Assembly (NCBI GenBank): GCA_950097015.1
Contig: CATNEN010000039.1
Span: forward strand, 1,426,001-1,490,000
Reading direction: 5' to 3'
DNA length: 64,000 nt
DNA from: Macrostomum hystrix
Lineage: Eukaryota; Animalia; Platyhelminthes
Within the stretch, counting starts at the first letter, position 1. The number at the start of each line of letters is the position of its first letter. Shown here piece after piece: positions 58,201 to 64,000 of this stretch. A program made the position numbers and the translations under genes. Below the pieces are notes generated by a model. That model saw only the letters and a program-made list of their open reading frames with translations. It ran no database searches and was not told where the DNA came from.

Positions 58201-61200
58201 GGGCGAAAAGCGACTCGGCCAGCTCGTCAGGAGCCGAGTGGTTTGCGCTCATGCTGGAGCCGTTCATTTTCAGCTGGTCGAAGACGGCTCGCTCGCTAGT
58301 CGTCTGGGAAATTTTTTTGAGGATGTGCGGGAGCGAGAAGATGGGATGTAGCTATAGGGAAACCTGAGGGTGGGATGTAGCTGAAGGGGAACCTGAGGGT
58401 GGGATGTAGCTGAAGGGGAACCTGAGGGTGGGATGTAGCTGAAGGGAAGCCTGAGGGTGGGATGCAGCTGATAGGAAACCTGAGGGTGGGATGCAGCTGA
58501 AGGAGAACCTGAGAGTGGGATGCAGCTGAAGGAGAACCTGAGAGTGGGATGTAGCTGAAGGGGAACCTGAGGGTGGGATGTAGCTGAAGGGAAGCCTGAG
58601 GGTGGGATGCAGCTGATAGGAAACCTGAGGGTGGGATGCAGCTGAAGGAGAACCTGAGAGTGGGATGCAGCTGAAGGGGAACCTGAGGGTGGGATGCAGC
58701 TGAAGGTCTGAAGTTGGGATGGAGAGGAGTTCAGGTGACTCACCAAGCAGCCGAGCACGAGGTCACGCATAGCTGATGGCTCCTGAAAAGTCATCACGTC
58801 AGTGAATTGAGTGCAATTCGTGCTGCATTGTGGCGAGCTCCGCCAACTCACCGTCGGGCTGATGTCGCTCAAAGGCGGGCCGGGCTCATACTGCAGCAGC
58901 ATGTGAAACGACAGGCCGAAGCCAACCATCAGGATGGAGAAGAGCATGAGAACGCGGATGAGGGTCTGCAGGATCTCAGTGAACATGATCACGTACAGGC
59001 CGAACATTTCGTAGCTGAAAATATGCGGGCATCACGAGCTTGAGCTGCTTATCTGCAGATCCTGAACGCTCGCGCACACACGCGCAACCTTACACACGAT
59101 CGCAGTAACGCATCCGACTCTCTCACTAAACACCACTTCGATTGGAAAGGCTTTGGGGCTTTTTGTGCGATTTTCGCCTTTGAGGGGCCGAACCTTAAGC
59201 ACAGTGATCACAGACTGACCCATGAGTGTGCTCATGGGTCAGGGGAATGAGCTTGAGAAACTTTCTATGCAGTGCCGGTGTTCCTGAGGCGGTTGGGCTC
59301 GACTCGGCTTGTTGACTTGGCTCGGCCTTGGCCTCGCCCTCTCTCACCATCCTTTCCCGTCCCTGCTCTGTGTCCTTTGTCGCCGCCTGATTGGCTGGGC
59401 GCGGGATATGTCTGTTACCCTTACCCCAGCACTGCATGGCTTCGCCCCTCCCGCCAATCACCTCGGCGTAGCTTTGCCCGTCCACCCGGCCAGCGCGTAC
59501 AACCCTACCCCTCCCCCTGCTCGCTGTTGGCTTGACTTTGGTGGTTTGTGCAACGCCTCCCCTATCTGCCCCACTCCCCAGGTAGCTGCCCCAATATCTG
59601 CCCGTGCCGGGGCACCTCTCGTGTCGCTCCTGAGATCTCGTTTGTCCTTTACGATTCGAGCCTCAAAGATGGTCTCTTACTGCGAATACTCAATTTTTGC
59701 ACGAAATCAAATACACCGAACCCGTTAGAGTAGCCACCTGCATCATCCTGCGTTCCGACCGCTGCATTCGTGTCTGTCCTTTCGGAGTGCCGGGTCCGTA
59801 CTGTACGATCTTACTTTGGAGTACTGCGTGAGCGTCCTAACGCCACCATGACAGGCTGACGCCTGGTTGAGTGATTACCCGTAGTTTACTCAAGGGTACT
59901 GTACGCTGGGCACCCGACCACAGTCACTACATCTACTTGCTGGCTGCGTGATCTTATTGCTACGAGCGTATTATCATCATGCCTCATACCGCTGGAAGAA
60001 CAGCAGGAAGTTGAACCAGGCCAGGAAGATGGCCACGGAGCCGGCCGCCTGCTGGCAGTGCTGGCTCTCTCCGGTGAGGAAGGGCAGCACGTAGATCAGA
60101 GTGACGCAATAGAGCGCGTTCTCCAGGTAGTTCACCGCGTCAGCCAGGTAGTGAAGCCGCTAGTGTGAAACGCGTGTTTAAAAAGCAGTCACGAATCTGG
60201 GACTTAAGATCAAATAAAATATGAATTGTGGTAAAACCTGAATTCGGGGGGGGGGTGGGAATGCAGAGAAAAAGAAATCGGGGCATCGAAATTCGGATGA
60301 ATCGGAATTTCGGTATCCGGGCTTTACGGTTTTGGGAAACTGTGGTTTTCTGGGGCTGCAGACAATAGCGGCTTATAGCCCTCAGATCAAGGCAAAACAA
60401 AGAGCAGCTACTCGAAGAGATCTATCACCTGCTGATAGAGCTGCATCATCTCCTTGATGCCGTTGGCGACACAGAAGATGGCGATGCAGATTGGCGAGAC
60501 GAGCCGCTCCCAGTTCCGCTCCTAGAAAAGAAGAGAAACAATGCTACTAAAGTACTTTTTAAATACCACAGTTTTGTAATATCGTCCCACAGCCCAAAGC
60601 AAGGACCGCTCTTCTTTTTCCGCCCACTCAACTGAGCAGAACTCATTTACCTTCGAAGGTGAGCACTCTGTTGAGCCTTCCGCGTGCCTTGGCTGCTTCT
60701 GGACTACCAGGCACGACAGCAGCAACAGGAACACCATGTACACTAACAGGCTAAAGTTGTGGATGCAGCAGCCATATTGTCGCCTGTCGATCGATGTAAA
60801 GATTGCATATTTTGTCTGAGTTCGACGTGAATAGCAGCGCTAGCATTGCATTGAAGCGTTATTTCAGAATTTGGCTCACCACTTCATCTGTAAATAATTT
60901 TCTACTACCGGGTGGATGAGCAGGTTGGTGCGCTGGAGTCGAACCATGAGCTGAAATGACAGGTTTGCCTCTAGTTTCATGAACAGATGAGGAAAACAAA
61001 GGTGACTGTCATATGAAAGGATGGGGATGAGGTAGCTACTGAGCTTTAGCCAATGGGAAAGCGATTGTAGGCCCTTTAGTTTCAGCCAATCAAAAGGACG
61101 AGTTGGGTATGAGGTGGTTGCAAGGATTTAGCCAATCGGAAGGGCGAGTATTCAAAGGCCATCTCTCACCTGCACAGAGGGCACGTAGTCGTATTTACGC

Positions 61201-63849
61201 CCAAGTCTCTGCTCAATGTCAGCTATTTGCGATGGGTCGGCTTGCAGCATTGAGAAATCATAGACTTTCTGCAAGAAATGTTGGCTAATATAAAAATAGT
61301 AAAATACAATTATCAGCATGGGTTGGAGGTAGCAATCGTATCCATTGGAATCGAATAGTTTTAGAAAAAGTTCTCACCTTTCCAGTGGATTCCTCTACGC
61401 AGCGGTCCAAGAGAGGCTGTCAAATATGCGGATGGGGCGGCAATTGTTTTATGTAATCAGCTGGTTTATATAAATCAGTGTCCAGGGCTAAGTATTGGCC
61501 TTGTGAAACATAATAAAGAACGCAAAACCACCTCAGTGCACTCTGGCATGTGACGGATGGTCTCAAACACCGGCCACTTGGAGCTGTACGGGCAATGCAT
61601 GATCTCCTTCCAGCGGCAATGGGCCACGCAGGCCTTCACAACGGCCACCTGGCCCTTGGCGATGGCGCAGTTGATGAAGCTGTCGCCACGAATGTCCGCC
61701 AGCAGCTGGGCGTTCTCACCCAACAGGTAGAGCAGGGCGTCGATGTGGCCCTGCTCTGCAGCGTAGTGCAGCGGTGTTTTCTGCGAACAGCGGGCAATCG
61801 TATCCATCGTATCATCGTATCCATCGTATCATCCATCGTATCATCTATCCTGTGTCTCATCTATCCTGTGTCTCATCTATCCTGTGTCTCATCTATCCTG
61901 TGTCTCATCTATCCTGTGTCTCATCTATCCTGTGTCTCATCTATCCTGTGTCTCATCTATCCTGTGTCTCATCTATCCTGTGTCTCATCTATCCTGTGTC
62001 TCATCTATCCTGTGTCTCATCTATCCTGTGTCTCATCTATCCTGTGTCTCATCTATCCTGTGTCTCATCTATCCTGTGTCTCATCTATCCTGTGTCTCAT
62101 CTATCCTGTGTCTCATCTATCCTGTGTCTCATCTATCCTGTGTCTCATCTATCCTGTGTCTCATCTATCCTGTGTCTCATCTATCCTGTGTCTCATCTAT
62201 CCTGTGTCTCATCTATCCTGTGTCTCATCTATCCTGTGTCTCATCTATCCTGCGTCTCATCTATCCTCCCCTATCTTACATTTCTAGAGTCAATGCGGCC
62301 CGCTGTCGTATTCTAGGTTCTGACTTTGGCCCGCTAGCTAATAACTTCGCCGACCCCTGGGGCACGCGGAAAATCGATAATAGACTGCGTGTACGAGGCA
62401 GGCAGGCCGACCCCCGGCGCACGCGGAAAATCGATAATAGACTGCGTGTACGAGGCAGGCAGGCCGACCCCCGGCGCACGCGGAAAATCGATAATAGACT
62501 GCGTGTACGAGGCAGGCAGGCCGCCGGCGCACGCGGAAAATCGATAATAGACTGCGTGTACGAGGCAGGCAGGCCGCCGGCGCACGCGGAAAATCGATAA
62601 TAGACTGCGTGTACGAGGCAAGCAGACAACAGGGGGCTCAATAAGGAAGGGTACACAGTGCATATTGGAAGAATGACTTAAAAATGGACAAGCACAGTTC
62701 CGCGAAAGTGGAGAATGGAAGCGATACGAGCATTCTCAGCTGGAATATATTATCCGAGACCGAGTGTAGTCAAAGCTGGAGTCGCCGTAGCAAGAATCGA
62801 ACTTGAACTCTTTAACTCGGTATCGAAGAAGCTCAATGCAGGTATCTCTGAACAGGAATAGCTATTATTAAAAAAAACCTGCACTCACCCCGCACTTTGT
62901 CCGCGCATCGATGCCCGACTTGTTGACGCTGATCAGCAGCTTGAGAATTTCCGCGTGACCAAACTCAGCGGCCACATGCACCGGTGTCTTGCCGCAGAAA
63001 CCCCTGGGTGAAAGAATATTGCGGAAAACTACTTTTGTAGTGATTCGTGTCTATGATTCTGATAATGCGCTATTCGTCAGAACAGGTGTGCTCTGTCTCA
63101 ACAGCCAACTACACCTGTGAAACTGCGAGCCCTTGCTGAGCAGATAAGACACAATCCGATGGTGGCCAAACATGCAGGCGATGTGCAGCGCCGAGTAGCC
63201 GACGACGTCTTTGTGGTTCATCTCGGACGGGTGGAGCTCGATGATGTTGCGGCAGGTCTTGAGCCGGCCGTACCTGGCAGCGTAGTGAATCGGCGCCTGC
63301 TTGTCGTTGTTGGACACGTTGCAGATGGCTCCGGCTGCCAGGAACAGTTGCATGAAGCGGAGGTCGCACTGCTTGGCCGCGTAGTGCAATGGGGTGCTGC
63401 CGCTCTGGTCCCGTTTGTTGATTAGCACGGAAATTTCCTGGCCCTGCGGGTGGCAGCGATCCTGTCCCTGCTGTCCAATCAGGCTCAGTCGCCAATTGGC
63501 CAGAGTCCTCTGTACCTCTGTATTTCACTTACCCGGGCTTTGATTGGCTGGAATATTTTTCCGTCCCCCTAAACCCATCTCACCTTTTCTTCTCTATTCT
63601 AACGCCGCGCCTGACAACCCTGGTGAAAATTCAGTGCCCATTTCACACCCTGGTTTTGTGCAGATAGTCCAGGCAGCCCGAGCCGCCGCCGAGCACAATA
63701 AGGTGCAGGATGTTTCTCTGCTGTTCGTCTTCGACCTGCACGGAGCTGCCGGCCTGCAGGAGAGCCTTCAGTGCCAACAGAGAGTTTTTGTGGGCCGCCA
63801 TGAGCAGCGGCGTGAAGCGCTGACAATCGGGGATCTCCGTATTCGCGCC
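52229..63849 (-). CDS. TRPA1: TRPA1-like ankyrin-repeat cation channel, 5'-partial, ~16 exons in the window
   Basis: Ankyrin exons (FTPLLMAA, STPLHYAA, SALHIAC, KTPVHVAA, KTPLHYAA), linker LMVRLQRTNLLIHPVVENYLQMKW, S4-S5 FLAWFNFLLFFQR/YEMFGLYVIMF, pore LLKTALMMLGEYDY, S6 MPILLVNLL and TRP-like IGLAVGDIEQIQRHA. Last exons 52959-52851 and 52258-52229 are inferred. Confidence 0.92.
52490..52775. repeat. 21-bp pyrimidine-rich intronic minisatellite
   Basis: Unit tctcaatctactccctcctta. Confidence 0.92.
54760..56570 (+). mobile_element. P-element/THAP9-type transposon (THAP domain plus truncated transposase) in a TRPA intron
   Basis: TIR CAG(G/A)GACTTCTAG.AATAACAACTGGACCC plus a subterminal IR, with flanking CCTGTC duplicated. 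Frameshifted THAP C2CH (CAVGC...FP..W...RICSLHF...TVPTIF) and transposase start (SAYSALR...PSVRTL...LIIDEIYI). Confidence 0.85.
58343..58706. repeat. 30-bp intronic minisatellite
   Basis: Unit gggatgtagctgaaggggaacctgagggt(g), ~12 copies. Confidence 0.92.
59268..59931 (-). mobile_element. Solo LTR in a TRPA intron, 664 bp
   Basis: Minus-strand termini TGTAGTG...CACTGCA with a 4-bp TSD (TCTA). Homologous to 3189-3788. Confidence 0.8.
61800..62268. repeat. 16-bp intronic minisatellite
   Basis: Unit tcatctatcctgtgtc, ~26 near-perfect copies preceded by degenerate atcgtatcc units. Confidence 0.95.
62360..62625. repeat. ~53-57-bp intronic tandem repeat, ~5 copies
   Basis: Core gcacgcggaaaatcgataatagactgcgtgtacgaggc. 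Confidence 0.9.
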
Positions 63850-63909
63850 CTACCAGTTTGGGAGAGAAGGGAAATGAAGGCTGAAATGTGGCGAGCTGAA
63901 GGGGACGGC

Positions 63910-64000
63910 AACCTGGGACTCAGGTGTGGGTAACCTGGGACTCAGGTGTGGGTAACCTGGGACTCAGGTGTGGGTAACCTGGGACTCAGGTGTGGGTAAC
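63910..64000. repeat. 22-bp intronic tandem repeat running off the window
   Basis: Unit aacctgggactcaggtgtgggt. Confidence 0.9.

Noticed and set aside
61550-62663. Several 110-245-aa ORFs
   Set aside because: Derived from 16-bp and ~55-bp intronic repeats and from TRPA antisense.

Overview
This is a repeat-rich animal genomic window with spliceosomal GT-AG introns, GC-rich exons and intronic minisatellites. The style suggests a free-living flatworm such as Macrostomum, but that is an inference. Genes supported by manual splicing: a 2-exon DUF1761-like membrane protein (-), a class A peptide GPCR (-), a DCN1/DCUN1D neddylation E3 (-) divergently paired with an exostosin EXT1/tout-velu-like gene (+), an innexin (-), and the 3' part of a multi-exon TRPA1-like channel (-). 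Mobile DNA is dense. It includes an intact DD34D mariner with ~200-bp TIRs, a frameshifted mariner and two P-element/THAP9-type elements. One P element has a perfect 8-bp TSD and a fold-back Tc1 derivative inserted into its TIR. There is also a 41-bp palindromic P-like footprint, two related solo LTRs with 4-bp TSDs, tRNA-derived SINEs, and stacked Crypton, Penelope (GIY-YIG plus hammerhead motif) and BEL/Pao relics. A ~4-kb 81-bp tandem array has a stop-free frame on each strand and a duplicated 12-unit block. I cannot demonstrate a wholly new system from sequence alone. The best leads are the intron-bearing DUF1761 gene, the 81-bp array, the P/Tc1 nesting and footprint, the Penelope hammerhead, and a CpG-depletion pattern around a probable bidirectional promoter.
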